Shown: one piece after another, positions 50,814 through 63,235 of the stretch
Numbering within the stretch: position 1 is the first letter of the stretch
Layout: the number at the start of each line of letters is the position of its first letter
Origin: Selaginella moellendorffii
Lineage: Eukaryota > Plantae > Lycopodiophyta
Reading direction: 5' to 3'
Assembly: GCF_000143415.4 (NCBI RefSeq)
Contig: NW_003314276.1
Location: 1,910,107 to 1,974,106 of the forward strand
DNA: 64,000 nt
Program-made: the position numbers and the translations under genes
Notes under the pieces: model-generated
Told to the model about the DNA's origin: nothing
What the model saw: the letters and a program-made list of their open reading frames with translations, nothing else
Database searches by the model: none

Positions 50814-52155
50814 TTAAGCGCGTTTGCTTTCGGTCTCTGACAGCCCCTGAACAAACGAACGGAGGAATCGGGCACGCTTGATCAATCCAAAGAAACTAAT
50901 CACTAAAAGCTTACCAGGTGATGGATTTTGTTTCGAGGATGACAAAACGGCCTCTTTCCATTCCTCGTATTCTAGGCATGTTGTCCTGCCTGGATCCTGC
51001 ATGCAAACCAAACTAATGTCTTTAGAACCTGGAAGTTGCAACAAGCAGATCGACGCCTTCCTACTGACCTCGAGATTCGTGGCATCCGACAGAGCTGCAG
51101 AAGAAATGCTCGCACTGTGAGATCAGGCCTTGCAGAAAAAATATTGAGTTCTTTGCATACCTCTCTTGCATCCTCTAGTTCTTGATTCGGACTTCTCTTT
51201 CTCAACACCGACCAAATCGAAGCAGATATCTGTCATAGACGCGGCAACCTGTAGAAAAATAAAATCTAGAATCGGCAATACAATTGCTCGTTGGAGCTTA
51301 CGTTGGAAAACTCAGGGTCCGACGTGCTAGACACCTCCATCAATTTAGCTTTGTCAACTTTAAGCTGTTGAAACATACAAGAAAAAGACAGTAAAACCGT
51401 GAGAAAAAGCATTGGAAACTGCTTGCCTTTTGCTTTCTCGCGCATAAATAAAACGCGACGCTGGTGAATACAGGGCGATCGAAATCAGCGCTTCGACGTC
51501 GTGCTTCTGGTAGAGTGGCCAAAAATCGCTCTTTGTATCTGGAGCAAAACGTAGAGAGAGCCCGTAAAGAAATAAACTAAAAGGAAAGAGGAAGCTCTTA
51601 CGCTGCCAAGACTCTCTGGACAGCTTGTATGAGTCTCACGCATCCAAATTGCACAGCGAGCTCGCGCACATTCAAGCTTGTTCTGAAGAAAAAAATGTTA
51701 TTCCCACATTTTTTTTCCATCTCTTTTCTTCCTGGCTTTGAAGAAATACCTGATACCAAGAGCATTCTGGACTGTGGTGAGTGATCTATTGTAAGCCTTA
51801 TCAGAAAGACCACTCAGCTTGATTCCCTTTTGCCGATCGAATGGAACTTGCATCCTGTCCGAGAAGAAAAGAAAGAAATAAACTCCACCTGCAAAGAAAT
51901 GCAGATCTGGATACTTACGTCGAGCACGCGATCTCGAAACAGAGCACGGATCGGCAGACATCGCCCTGGAATAACACACAAGAGCATTGGATACCCTCAA
52001 GTCACAGGCGGAAAGAAAGAAGCAAGCACACTCACAATGCCAAATGCCGCCGCATCAAATTCCATCCGGCAGAGGCGCAGCAGCTCCTCCGCCTTGCGCA
52101 GCACTTCGCGATCGGCCGCCATTCCCAGCCGCCGCTCCAGCGCCTTCATCTCCAT
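50814..52155 (-). CDS. ORC6: Origin recognition complex subunit 6 (multi-exon)
   Basis: LRKAEELLRLC..FD; VLCFEIA; FDRQKGIKLSGLSDKAYNRS; LNVRELAVQFGCVRLI; YKERFLATLP..ADFDRPVF; SMTDICFD; YEEWK. Confidence 0.95.
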
Positions 52156-52185
52156 GGCGCGCGAAGAACCTCGCGTTTGGAAATA

Positions 52186-52193
52186 GGCGGGAA
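52186..52193 (-). promoter_or_regulatory. E2F/DP binding site upstream of ORC6
   Basis: TTCCCGCC ~30 nt upstream of the ORC6 ATG; consensus match, typical for replication-licensing genes. Confidence 0.6.
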
Positions 52194-52417
52194 GATAACG
52201 AGTTAACCTAAACCGCGAGGGTTAGAGATAAACGAACTAATGGTTTACTTTACGTCAACTATAGTCAACGTTGCGCCAATTTTATTTGGAACGATGGATG
52301 GATCATACAAAACTTTTTAAGATTGTAGAAAGCTGGAGGGAATACAACGACGACGACGAGAGTTCTTCCTTTCTCGCAGTGAAGAACACAATAAAAAAAA
52401 GGAGTTGGCCGAGTAGA

Positions 52418-53415
52418 TCATATCTTGTTGAACGCGACGATGTCACAGCTCTGGATGTACTCCGCCGCCGGGCCCTCTGTCAAGTGCTCCTCGATCAAAC
52501 CATCCACAGACACAAGCTCGTCTTCCACCGTCATCATGATCGTCAATTTCTTGATCCCATAGCCCACGGGTGTGAGCTTGGCTGCAATGCAAGCAACAAA
52601 CTCGCTATCAATCCCAAGAACGAAAAGAAAAAATCGAAAACTTACAAGCACCCCAGAAGAGCCCGGGCATTTGCACGGCCCTCACAGCCGCCTCGAGCTT
52701 CACCATGTCGGTTTCATCGTCCCATGGTTTCACGTCCATAAGCACGGACGATTTCCCAGCTATACAAAAGAGAGAGTGAGCTCGAAGAACCAAATAGAAG
52801 AGAAGCTATGGCTTACACTCTTTCTTCTTGGCGGAGGCCTTGACCTTAGCCTCCCTCTCGGCAGCGGCAGTCTGTTCTTCCTCGGTTTCCTCTCCGAAGA
52901 GATCGAGATCATCATCGTCCTATTGAGTGAATCAAGTCAGCTTCAAGGCAGAAAAGAAAAAAAAGAGATTTTTACCGCTACAGCGACCGGAGTCTGTGGC
53001 GCTGGTGGAGGTACGTCGCGCATAGCTGGAGCTGCTGGAGCTGGGGCAGCACCACCTTTGAGAGACACCCCGACTGGAGATCCAGGGAAGCTAAATTCGT
53101 GGAACAATCAAGAAAAGATCTTTCTCCATCAAAATCTCAGTCCAGGCATACCTGGATTCGATCAATCCGGTGATGTGCGAGTACCAGCGCGACAAATTGA
53201 TGAGATCGGGGGATGGAGCGCCTGCTAGAGCCAAGTAGACGAGCAGATCATCCCTGGAAGCTTGACAGCTGCGCGAACAAGCCAAAGTCAAGATATTTCA
53301 TCGATTCCTCGACTCTTTCCTCGACTTACCCCGAGATGTAGCTGCGCTTGAGGAGGTACTCATCGAGACTCTTGAGCCCGGCACTGGAACCAAGATCGTC
53401 GAAGCTGATCGCCAT
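52418..53415 (-). CDS. EF1B: Elongation factor 1B beta/delta-type subunit (multi-exon)
   Basis: [25 protein letters not shown]; [15 protein letters not shown]; [18 protein letters not shown]; PVGYGIKKL; [14 protein letters not shown]. Confidence 0.97.
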
Positions 53416-53659
53416 AGCCTCGCCGCCGGGGTAGCTGCTCGAAAAGCCCTCCTAGGGTTTCTCCCATAGCCGCAGGATCTGGGAGAATTTAACGGTGGGG
53501 GAATATCCAGATCCGTAAGATTCGCATAAAATTTGGGCTCTACCTAATGGTTTAGGGTTCCTCACGGCGCCAAGGCAAATGGCGCAACGAGAGCAGCAGA
53601 TTCGGGGCTAGGTTTTGCGCGCCAGGGGTGTAGGATTCGCGTTTCCGCGGCGCGCAGCT
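53416..53659. promoter_or_regulatory. Bidirectional promoter (EF1B/RER1) with telo-box and site II motif
   Basis: 244 bp between divergent ATGs; TAGGGTTT at 53453-53460, TTTAGGGTT at 53551, TGGGCT at 53534. Confidence 0.55.
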
Positions 53660-54415
53660 ATGGACGGCTATGGCGACATGGATCCCGTCACAGGCGCTGT
53701 GAAGCCGGCGATGAAGTGGAAGGAGGATATTTCCCGCAAGTTCCAGGTCTATCTTGACAAATCGGCTCCGCATCTGGCACTGCGATGGCTCGGCTCGCTC
53801 GTCGCGGCTCTAATCTACTGCACCCGGGTCTACTACCTCAAGGGCTTCTACATTGTCTCGTACGGAGTGGGTATCTATATCCTCAACCTTCTCATAGGGT
53901 TCTTGTCGCCGCAAGTGGATCCCGAGAGCGAGGGGCCGATGCTGCCCACCAAAGGCAGTGACGAGTTTAGACCTTTCATACGTATGCTTCCCGAGTTTAA
54001 ATTCTGGTGAGCTCCCCCTTTTCCCCCTTTTTCGTTCGATTTATAGACTAGACAGAGTGATCGTCCGAAGAAGTCACATACCAACTGCGATTTTTTTTCT
54101 TGCTGGTTTTGCAAGGTATGCATTGACAAAGGCGTTCTGCGTCGCCTTTGCCTTGACGTTCTTTTCGATCTTCGACGTGCCGGTGTTTTGGCCCATCCTG
54201 CTGCTCTACTGGGTGGTGCTCTTCGCTCTTACGATGAAGCGGCAAATCAAGCACATGATCAAGTATAAATATGTTCCTTTTTCAGTTGGCAAGCAGGTAA
54301 GAGAGATCGTTTTCTATGAGTTTCTTTCCTCGTGTCGCTGTAGTAAAACTTGGCCCTCTTGCAGCGGTACACGGGTAAAAAGCCTGCCGAGAAGGCAAGC
54401 TCGTCGAGAGATTGA
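53660..54415 (+). CDS. RER1: RER1 Golgi-to-ER retrieval receptor (3 exons)
   Basis: [13 protein letters not shown]; [28 protein letters not shown]; [16 protein letters not shown]; [14 protein letters not shown]; [21 protein letters not shown]. Confidence 0.97.
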
Positions 54416-54751
54416 TGACGATTACGAGAACATGTGGTTAGTTCATTTACAAGGGGGGCTTCCTGAGCCTTTTCTAGAACTGACGAGTTGCTCTGGAAGA
54501 AAAAAAATATTCTCTTAACTTTTGGTGTGTGTTGTAATTCAAATGCGGTGCTGCTTTCTGCTCCTTCTGGTGGCTGGCCATGTGAGAGGAAGGGAGAAAC
54601 ATAAAGTACTCCGCAGCCGAAAGAGTTCTCCGAACCAGGTTCCTTGATTGGCGTTTGTCTTGGCTGAACAGTTGTTGGTGTTTCCTTTTCCTTTTTTTTT
54701 TTTATCTTTGGTTACAGGTCGCACTATAGGCTCAAAGACAGCAGCACTCAT

Positions 54752-55419
54752 TCAGACCTCTGTTCCAGTTGCAGCTTTTGTCTCGGCCACAATTGGTGCG
54801 GGATGAGCTATGAAGGTTGGGAACACATGGCCAGGCATCAGGACCGACACTCCTTTCCCGTAAGAAGTCTGCTCAAGCGATCAACAGAGCCACCAACAGA
54901 CAGAGAAAGAAGAAGGCAGTCAGCCCAGCGAAGTTCGAAAAAAGAAAAGAGCACAGGTCGGGAAGAACTACAGGAAGAACTACAGGAAGAACTGTGAAGG
55001 AGAGAACTTACAGTTGGAGACTTCCCAATGGTGGTGGAGGCAACAATTCCGGAAGAGCCCCACTGCAGTGGCCGCTGAGACATCTGCGAGAACTCGACGT
55101 CGAGGTCATGGGGGTGATGGAGCTGGCCGAGGCTCCGGCGGGGCCGAAGGATCCTCTCGAAGATGGCGATGACGAGGAACATAGAGACGAGGACTGCGAT
55201 TGCGATGAAGGCGAATGAGACGGCACTGGCAGTGGTTGTGTCGTCGTCGTCTCTACGGAAGTTTGAGGCCGTGGGCTTTGCTGCTCCGGACGGTGGTGGT
55301 GCGGAGGATTCAAACAGGGAGGATGGGAGTGGCTGGAAGTCGATCCAGAGGTCGTCAGTGCCATCCGGGAGGCGTGGAGCTTGAGCTTGATCTAGCTCGT
55401 CCCAGCTCAAGCTCCGCAT
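54752..55419 (-). CDS. Small single-TM plant protein with C-terminal VLMPG..PTFIA.P.P motif (2 exons)
   Basis: TM SFAFIAIAVLVSMFLVIAIFERILRP; exon 2 TSYGKGVSVLMPGHVFPTFIAHPAPI...EV*. Confidence 0.8.
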
Positions 55420-57217
55420 AGCTCGAGGATGGAGAGAAGGGAAGAAGAAGAGGAAGAAGAAGAAGAGAGACGATGGAACAAGTTACTTACGACAGTGACG
55501 ACGCCACTCCGGAGCTTCCATCGCCCGAGCAGCGATCTTCTCCATCTCCCATGGCTCGAGGATTGGGTTCTAGAGATCGAGGCAGCGAAGAACGCTAGGG
55601 GAGACGAAGACGAAATAGTTTGGAGCTCTCGGTTCTCGAAGAACTGGAAGAAGAAGAAGAAGAAGAAGAAAGAACAAGCTGGAATGGAATTAAAAAGAAG
55701 AAATGGAGGCTAGCACATGGGGGACCTGGCGAGCTGCTGCTACTGCTGCTGCTCGCTCGATAGCTCGTGGCGAGTATGATTCGATTCGACAATCAAGGCT
55801 CTTACCATTTGGATCGAGGAGATTTTTAACAGTTTGATCTTTGAAGATCCACCTAGAACTTAAAACGAGGCGCGACACGTAGAGGCTTCGTTTGAGTTTG
55901 TGTGGCCCTGTGGCGAGTTCGTGTTCTTATATATTTTTGCTTCTCTTTTCTCTAGCATTGGTCTTCGTCTTTGGTGCTTATTTTTGCTTTTTTTTATTTT
56001 TTATTTTTTTCTTTTTTCTCTTTTCTGGCAGAGAAATGCTCGTCGCAGGAGAGACAAGGCAATGTGATAGTACAGTTAATTGGATTGATTGTTTTGGCCC
56101 CCCTCCAACTTGATTGAAATTGGAGGGGAGAAAGTAAGAAAATTTCCTGAGGTAATAAGTTCATCTTAGAACAAAATCCCAGAGATTCGTTCTCGCCAAT
56201 TTGCTTTAGTCGTCAGTACTAGTCCTGATTCCTTTTGCATAGCTTGCATGACCAAACAGTAGAAACTTTTTGCCAAATCCAGGTTGTTTGTAAATCCAGT
56301 TTGTGGCTTTGTTGGCTGTTTAGCTTTGTTCTTGTGAGTTCTTGTCTCACTCTATTGTCTTGCAATCAATCAATCAATCAATTCCATCCATCAATCCATC
56401 GGTTTCAATCAGGATCACCGCCCCAGTGTGAGAAAAAACCCCATGTTTCCATCTGTCTCACAACGAAGCCGGGTGGAACGAGGAGGACATGAGCAAAAAT
56501 CTCGTTTCTAGAAACCATATGAATTAAATTTGATCTATCCATATGAAGTTCTCCAAAGCTCCTAGAAACCATATGAAATAAATTCGATCCAATCGATTAA
56601 ATCCCTCCAAAGTTCTCCCGAGCCACCCATATTGGAGAGAGTTGCTTTCACAGAAAAAAACAAGGACAGGTCCAGGGTTCGACTCCTGGGGCCACAAGAT
56701 TCCACGTCCGACTAAATAATATTCTCTCCCATGTGTCTTTATAACACTTCGCATTCAAACCGCTACATGTGAAGCTCCAATCCCTGACTCAAATGTTGGA
56801 AGTTTAAATCGACCTTTTTCTTATATTTTTCTTCGTTTCTCTCTTTGATCATCTCTGCCGTGCGCGATCCACCAAACTATAGAAGGTTTAGAAAAGAACG
56901 AACCAACCAACGAAGAGAAATGAAAGAAACAAACCCCGCAACTTTATTCTCGATCGAGCCATTTCCTCAAAAAAGCCGAAGCTTCTTTTTTTTTTTCTAC
57001 TTCTTCTCGCGATCATTCTTTGGATCTCTCGGCTTTTGAGCTCTACACTGTCTGCCGTGCACGATTGTTAGAAAGCGATTGCAAAGAATCTCTTTTTTTT
57101 TTCTTGCTTTCGATCAAGGAAGAGAAGAGAAGTAACCGAAGAGAACCTGGCTGTTAAAATCTTTAGCAGACGTCGCGTCGCGGGCGAGTGAGTTATTTGG
57201 TCGAGTGCGTCGTCTCG

Positions 57218-58812
57218 TCACCCGCTGGCCGTGGCTTCTTTCAAGCTCCTCACAAAATCTGCTAGCTCTACGATTGTGATTTCGTCGCCATCGCGGGTTG
57301 CAACCAGTACGGTGTTCGCAATCCCCACAAAAAGACCTGCATGGAAAAAGAAAGACAAAACGGTGAAAAGAAAGTTCTCTCGAGAGCTTTGGATCACAGC
57401 TCTTACCGCTTTCCACCACGCCAGGAATCATGTTGATTGAGCGTTCCATCTCTGCGGGATCTTTGACTCCATCGGGGAACCTGTGAGTTTTTCAAGATGA
57501 GTTTTTAGCACCAATGACGTTGGAAGTAACTGAAAAGTTTCCACACCTGACGTCGACCACCATGTTTCCAAGATCCGTGATAACGGGTCCATCTTTTCTC
57601 AGAGCGTTGCGAATCTCAGGAACTGTACATAGCACCAAATTGCAATACGGAACAAAAAGAGAGACAGAGAAAAAGAACTTACCTCCACCAAGCCCAACTA
57701 AGGCTCGAAGAACTGGTGAAATGGCGAACGGAAGAACCTCCACCTGGATAGATTCGATCAAATCAAACACGATCTATAGAGTAAAAAACGTTAGAGAAAG
57801 TTTCTTACAGGAACAGGAAATGTCAATCCAAGCTTTGAGACGACTTTGGTCTGATCGACCAGAATTATGCATTGTTTAGCCATGGCATCGACAACCTGTG
57901 CCACAAACGAGAAACTCGTGACCAGATAAAGAAAAGTTAAAGACCAGAGAAAAGAGAAGTCACCTTCTCCATTGTATGAGCAGCACCACCTCCCTAAAAT
58001 TCGTGTTCTACGGGTGAGCCAAGCCAGGCGAGCAAAGATTTTCAGAGCTACCTTGATCAAGTTCATGGAGGCATCCACTTCGTCGGCTCCGTCGAAGGCA
58101 AAATCGATCACATTCACGTCATTCAAATCAACCTGATACAGTGAATGATTTACGAGTGCCACGAAAGAAGAAAAGAAGAAAAAGTTCTCTACTTCCTCGG
58201 ACTCACAGTTTTCACGCCATACTGACGAGCAAGGATCCTGGATTGATAGCTCGAGGCCACACCCACGACGTCCTTTAACTGTTCTTGCCACAAACAAACG
58301 AGGAAAAAATCTCACTAAGCCCCGAGAAAGCATGCAAAGAAAAAAACTTCCAAACCTTTCCTTGCGAGACGAGCTTCCCGAGCTCTTGAATCGCCATGGA
58401 AGAAGTGCTGCCAGTGCCAAGCCCCACAATCATCCCAGGCTTGACGAGCTCCACAGCCCGCTTGGCCACGGCACGCTTGAGCGAGTCCTGGAGCGTGGGA
58501 TCGATCGCTGCACAGCGCAACACGAATCCGGCAATGCCATTGCCGATCACTTAAACCCTAAACCCTGGAACGCGCATCGCCACTACCTGGAGCAGCAGCG
58601 GCGGCGGTGGTGACCGCGCGCACGACCTCGAGTCGATTCCCCCCGCGCAGCGTGCTCGCCATGAAATCTGCCCGAAATACGAGAGAGGAGAAGGAGGAGG
58701 AACCCTTGAAATTCAAATGCCGCGGCAAATCGCCCCCGGGGCTGCCAAATCTGGCGGCGCCGCTAGTGGAGATAGCGGCGGCGGCGTTGCCATGGATCGC
58801 CGTAGCTGCCAT
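57218..58812 (-). CDS. RPI: Plastid-targeted ribose-5-phosphate isomerase A (multi-exon)
   Basis: Ser/Ala-rich transit peptide; [24 protein letters not shown]; DGADEVD; IKGGGAAH..EK; PVPVEV; [10 protein letters not shown]; [10 protein letters not shown]. Confidence 0.95.
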
Positions 58813-60204
58813 CGCCGCGAAAAAGAGGAAGTGGGCATGGAGGAGGAAGCATTTGAATGTGGCCACGGCAGCGCTGGTCCATTCGATGTGGTGCCGCGGT
58901 GGACGGCCACGATGGCCTATGATTTCTATAGCATGCGGACAAAGATCCTTGTTCTATCGTGGAAACACTACACATTTTCTTCTACAGTACTTAGAAAAAC
59001 TTTCAAGGCTTTCCAGAGCCAAAAACTCGATTTTTTTCGATTGAATCAAAGAGAACTTTCGATTTATCTCTGTTTAACATGATGATCTACGAAGTTCTTG
59101 AGTTTTTTCAGCCCAGAACGTAGATTTGCGTGAGCTCTACTTCACGAAAGCTCTCCATGTTACAAAGTTTCACAGATTTGCGTGAGCTCTACTCACGAAA
59201 ACTTCACAAAAGCCTGCTTTTTGATCGATCAAACTGTGCCACTGCGAGCTCAGTAGAAAAAAAAAAGAGAACTAATACCAGCAGCGTCGTCATCATTCGT
59301 AGCCAGCGTCATGCTTCATGATTTCTCTCCGAGTCTCTCGCCCTCTAGAAAAGAAAAGAAGTCTCCACAAACCTCACTGTACGCGGTACTAGCGCTTCGC
59401 AGAGGGATCTCTCCTTTCTCTTCCAAAACGGTGCTCACTAAAAGCATCAGTGCCACCAGCAAGTGTCCTGGATCCCAACTTAAGAACGTCTGGCCTTCCC
59501 AAAGACCACGAAAAAAAGTTAGAAACACGACGAGAAGTTTTCGTCCGAGAATACAAGGAGAGTGTAGACGCAAACTTAGATACCTGATGATTTGGAGACG
59601 CGAGCACTGATTACTGTACGCTCCATCGCTCAGACCGGGCTCCAGTCTTTGTTCCGGCAGACGGTGCCTGCGAAAATCCATCCTTTTGGCGGAGCGAGCA
59701 CGGGAAAGGAAAGCAAAGCCATATATCTATCAGTCTACACAAGTTAACCATCGCGCAGCCCACTCCAAGCGTGAAAACGACATACGAATCGAGCGAGCAG
59801 CTTTTGTTAGTCTAGTAACTAGTGCAAGCGAGAAAATACCTACAAGTACACGTATGGTTGTAGTGGCGATGTCGAATTCTACCTGGCCAAGGTGACACCT
59901 ACGACGACGAGGAATTGCCAAAAACAAAGTGAGGGAACCGAAAACCAAGAGCAAAGAACGACAAAACCAAACTTCTCTCTCGCCGATGATCGTCAGAAGA
60001 TCTCGAGAGATTTTGCGAGTTCCTCTCTTCCTCCAAGTTGAATCGCGGGACTTGGAAGCCTTGCTCTCGCTGGCTGCAATCACAGCAAGACCACAAGTGG
60101 GATTAGTATGACGATTCAATGATCACGAGCTAAAGATGCACACAAAAAAATGGAGTAGAGATCACGGCTATAGCGTCGAAATGATTCACAAGCTTCTGAA
60201 TCCG

Positions 60205-60368
60205 GCCATTGTTTCCCACAGCTTTCTTGAACTTCGTACTCTTACTGGTGAGTTTCTTTCAAGGGGAGACCAAGGACGAGACGAGGAGACGAGAAAGACC
60301 ACAACGTTTTCTGATCCTCCTGCCTTGGAAGAGCACCAGGTTCAAGAAAGCCGTGGAAAAGCATGAGA
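60205..60368 (-). ncRNA. MIR396: MIR396 precursor hairpin (mature 60339-60358; star ~60212-60232)
   Basis: 5' arm TTCCACGGCTTTCTTGAACC pairs with 3' arm GTTCAAGAAAGCTGTGGGAAA; pairing extends (GTGCTCTT/AAGAGTAC); matches the conserved miR396 family sequence. Confidence 0.93.
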
Positions 60369-61089
60369 GGATTCTTTGAAATGAGTAAACTTGGCAGTGA
60401 TTCTTCGGTTCTCTCCTAGATATCTAGAGTACTTGCTCGAGAGCCGTGACATCCCACAAACTTTAAATTGTTCGCGACAAAGCGAAGATCACGAGCTGCG
60501 AGCTCTTGGGTCTCACACACTCCTTCCTGACGAAAAGAGAGAGCGTGTAGGAAACTCGAATCACTAGGACGAACGAAGAGGATGATGCAATGCAAGCTCA
60601 CACCAAAATCGCAAGCACGAGAACGGACGAGAACCACGCAAGAGGAATGAAACGGAAGTGACAATCGTCAAAGAAACGAGAACGAGCAGCGCACGTTTAA
60701 ATAGCTGCTGCGACTCACACCACTGCAGCTTTGCTAGAGACAGGGCTAGCTCTTCCTTGGCAGTCCACAGGAGAGAAGAAAAAAAAAAGGAGAGAAAATC
60801 AAAGAGAGGCGGATTTGAATCAGCCCCTGGCTGGACCGGCTGTGGGATTAGAAGAATTGGGTGTGAATTTGGGATTTCCTCCTCCCTGGCCATGGATTTG
60901 CGACAAGCACACAGAGATCAAGGAGAAAAAGCGGTTGTAGCCTCTCCTGGGAGGCCTGGAGCTCCCTCTCTCTCGCCTATACATCTTAGCTCCTGCCCAG
61001 CACGCACACACACGCGCATACTACTACGACATGGAAATCAATGAATGCGCTCCCTGGAAATCTGTCCCCCGCAGCAAGCACAGCCAGCG

Positions 61090-61165
61090 AGAGAAAGGGG
61101 AGAGAGAGAGAGAGAGGGAGAGAGAGAGAGAGAGGAGAGAAAAGAGAGAGAGAGAGAGGAGAAAG
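61090..61165. repeat. GA/CT microsatellite (Y-patch/GAGA element)
   Basis: Imperfect (GA)n tract between a TATA box and the MIR396 hairpin. Confidence 0.85.
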
Positions 61166-61338
61166 AGGGAATTTTCCCCTTTCGCCGAGGAAATCCCTGC
61201 CCTGGCGCTGGCGCTGGCGCTGCCTCGCCATGGCGCACGCATGCACGCACAATCCGCACGCCCGCACGCCGGTCACGACCATAGCCAAGCCAAGAACCCT
61301 AAAAAATCCCTCCCAGCGTAGAACTCCCATCGTTTTTG

Positions 61339-61551
61339 TATATATACCCCGCCAAAGCCGTATGTACGCCGGCCAGTTGGGGGTTCGATTCCCCTCCGCA
61401 ACCGCCAGCGAGCGAGCGTACATACTCTCTAGCGTATGTACGGACACGCGTGCTTTGCTCGTAGGCTGGTATTGGGATTTGAGACGTAAAGTGTACGTCC
61501 TGCATACATTCAATCAAGTATGTATCTTAGTACCATAACTTGTATGTGTAC
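61339..61551 (-). promoter_or_regulatory. Putative MIR396 promoter: TATA box, E2F-like site, GTAC cluster
   Basis: TATATATA 61339-61346; TTTGGCGG 61349-61356; six GTAC cores in 61364-61551. Confidence 0.45.
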
Positions 61552-63235
61552 ATGTATGTATGCATGTATACTGACAGAGCTATGCTACAAGCACCGCGTT
61601 ATCTTTGCTTTCTTTGCAGTATATTTTTTTTTTTTCGTGGGCGTATTGGTTTACGCTCACACGCCGATGTCGTTACCGGGATTCGGGACCAAAGCTCAGT
61701 AAGCAATGCAAAGCAAAGAAAATTCAAAGAAAAAAGCGCGAGACGAGCGGGCGCTTCTATGTTTGACTTTGGCGAGCTCAAAGTTTCAAGCTGGCTGGCG
61801 AAAACCAAAATCTATACAAAAAAGAAGCGAGTGTTAAATGAAGCTCGGAGCGCGGGCGAACGAGAATGGAAGTTCTCTTACCTTGCGCAGCGACTCGTGA
61901 GTGAGTGATAGCTTGAAAACGTATAAACAATGCTGTCTGTGATGTTTGAACGAACTTGGCAGCACCGCTGGCCGTGTCTGTCTGTGCCTTGCCTGCCTGA
62001 TTGACCGATTTGTTGCGAGATATAACTTAAAAAGCTGTTCTTCTCTGAGTCCGTGCAGTGCGACGCAAGCAGCGGTGAATACGCGACGGCTTCGCATAGC
62101 TTGTTTCAAAAAGAAAAGAAAGAGAGCAAATAAAAAACGGCTTTTCACCTTGATTGTCTCCCCCGCCTCTCAATCCATGCTCCAACAGCTCGACAGTGAT
62201 TGCACAGCCAGCGAGCGCGGCGGGGATGCTGCTTCTGCCAAAAACCAAAGAGAAGATCAACGAGCAAGTCATTTAGAGAACCACTGATTACCTGGACAGC
62301 GATCGCCCACCAGGAGACCTGCTTTTAAATGATTAGACTGAAAGCTCTTGACAAAGAAGTAAGAGAAATCAATCAGTCAATCCATCCGGGAGCCAGAATT
62401 TTTCATCTGATCACTACTTAGCCGTAGGAGCTAGCTCCAAAAGCCGAAGGCCTTAAAGGTAAGCTGTAGTTAGGTGCCATAGCTCAAGCCAAGCCTGTTT
62501 GGTATGCTTGCACTGTACCTGGGAAGGAGGACGACGCTGTACATGGTACTGCCTACCTACGAAGCCATGTGAGTGGCATATACGCGTGGCCCCTGCCTGA
62601 GAAAGAAGTAACCATCAGTCTATCTCCTAGTTTGTATATAGTTGCTACATGCTATACCTCTATAGAGATGGAAGCTTTCCACCCACCTTTCATTTGTTTG
62701 CAAGCCGTTGGACACACCTACTTGTAAATTACTGCCTTTGCGTGCCAGGAAAGGAGACTCTTCAGGAAACCAGAGGAAGGAGGAGTTCCTCCTGGACAAC
62801 CAAAGAAAACAATGAAAAAGTTAGCAAGGGCTTAACAAACTCAAGAGCAATGCAAGGCTTCCTTTACCTCGGCAAGTGGTTGAAAGAAGCATCCGGCGAC
62901 CAGGTCCAATCCAAGCCGCGGGCCCTATAGTAAGCTGTTAAAGGCCTTTTCAGTGCTCTTAATCGCTCCACCACCATGGCGTCGTCGTTTTCAGTGAAGC
63001 TGCACAGAGGAAGTAACCACCGATACAGACACCTGGGCTGAAATTTCTCTCTTTTCTCTGCTTTTTTCTTCTCGGAAACGTTTCCCGTCAGTGATCTCTC
63101 TCGCGGGAGCCATGCTTGCTGTGTCCTGGGAAGCTTTGCAAATGCACGTAGTCACACACAACTGTTTAGTCATTCAAGTATAGACAGGAGCCACACTTAC
63201 TGTACACAACTGAAGCGGGGTCGTAATCCCTGTAA

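Noticed and set aside
56666-56694. tRNA-like T-arm CCAGGGTTCGACTCCTGG with a B-box
   Set aside because: No A-box, D-arm, anticodon arm or acceptor pairing upstream; at most a tRNA/SINE scrap
61378-61395. GGGGTTCGATTCCCC T-arm/B-box-like hairpin
   Set aside because: No cloverleaf can be built around it
60986-61538. 165-175 aa ORFs on both strands
   Set aside because: Largely translations of the GA/CT microsatellite and promoter DNA
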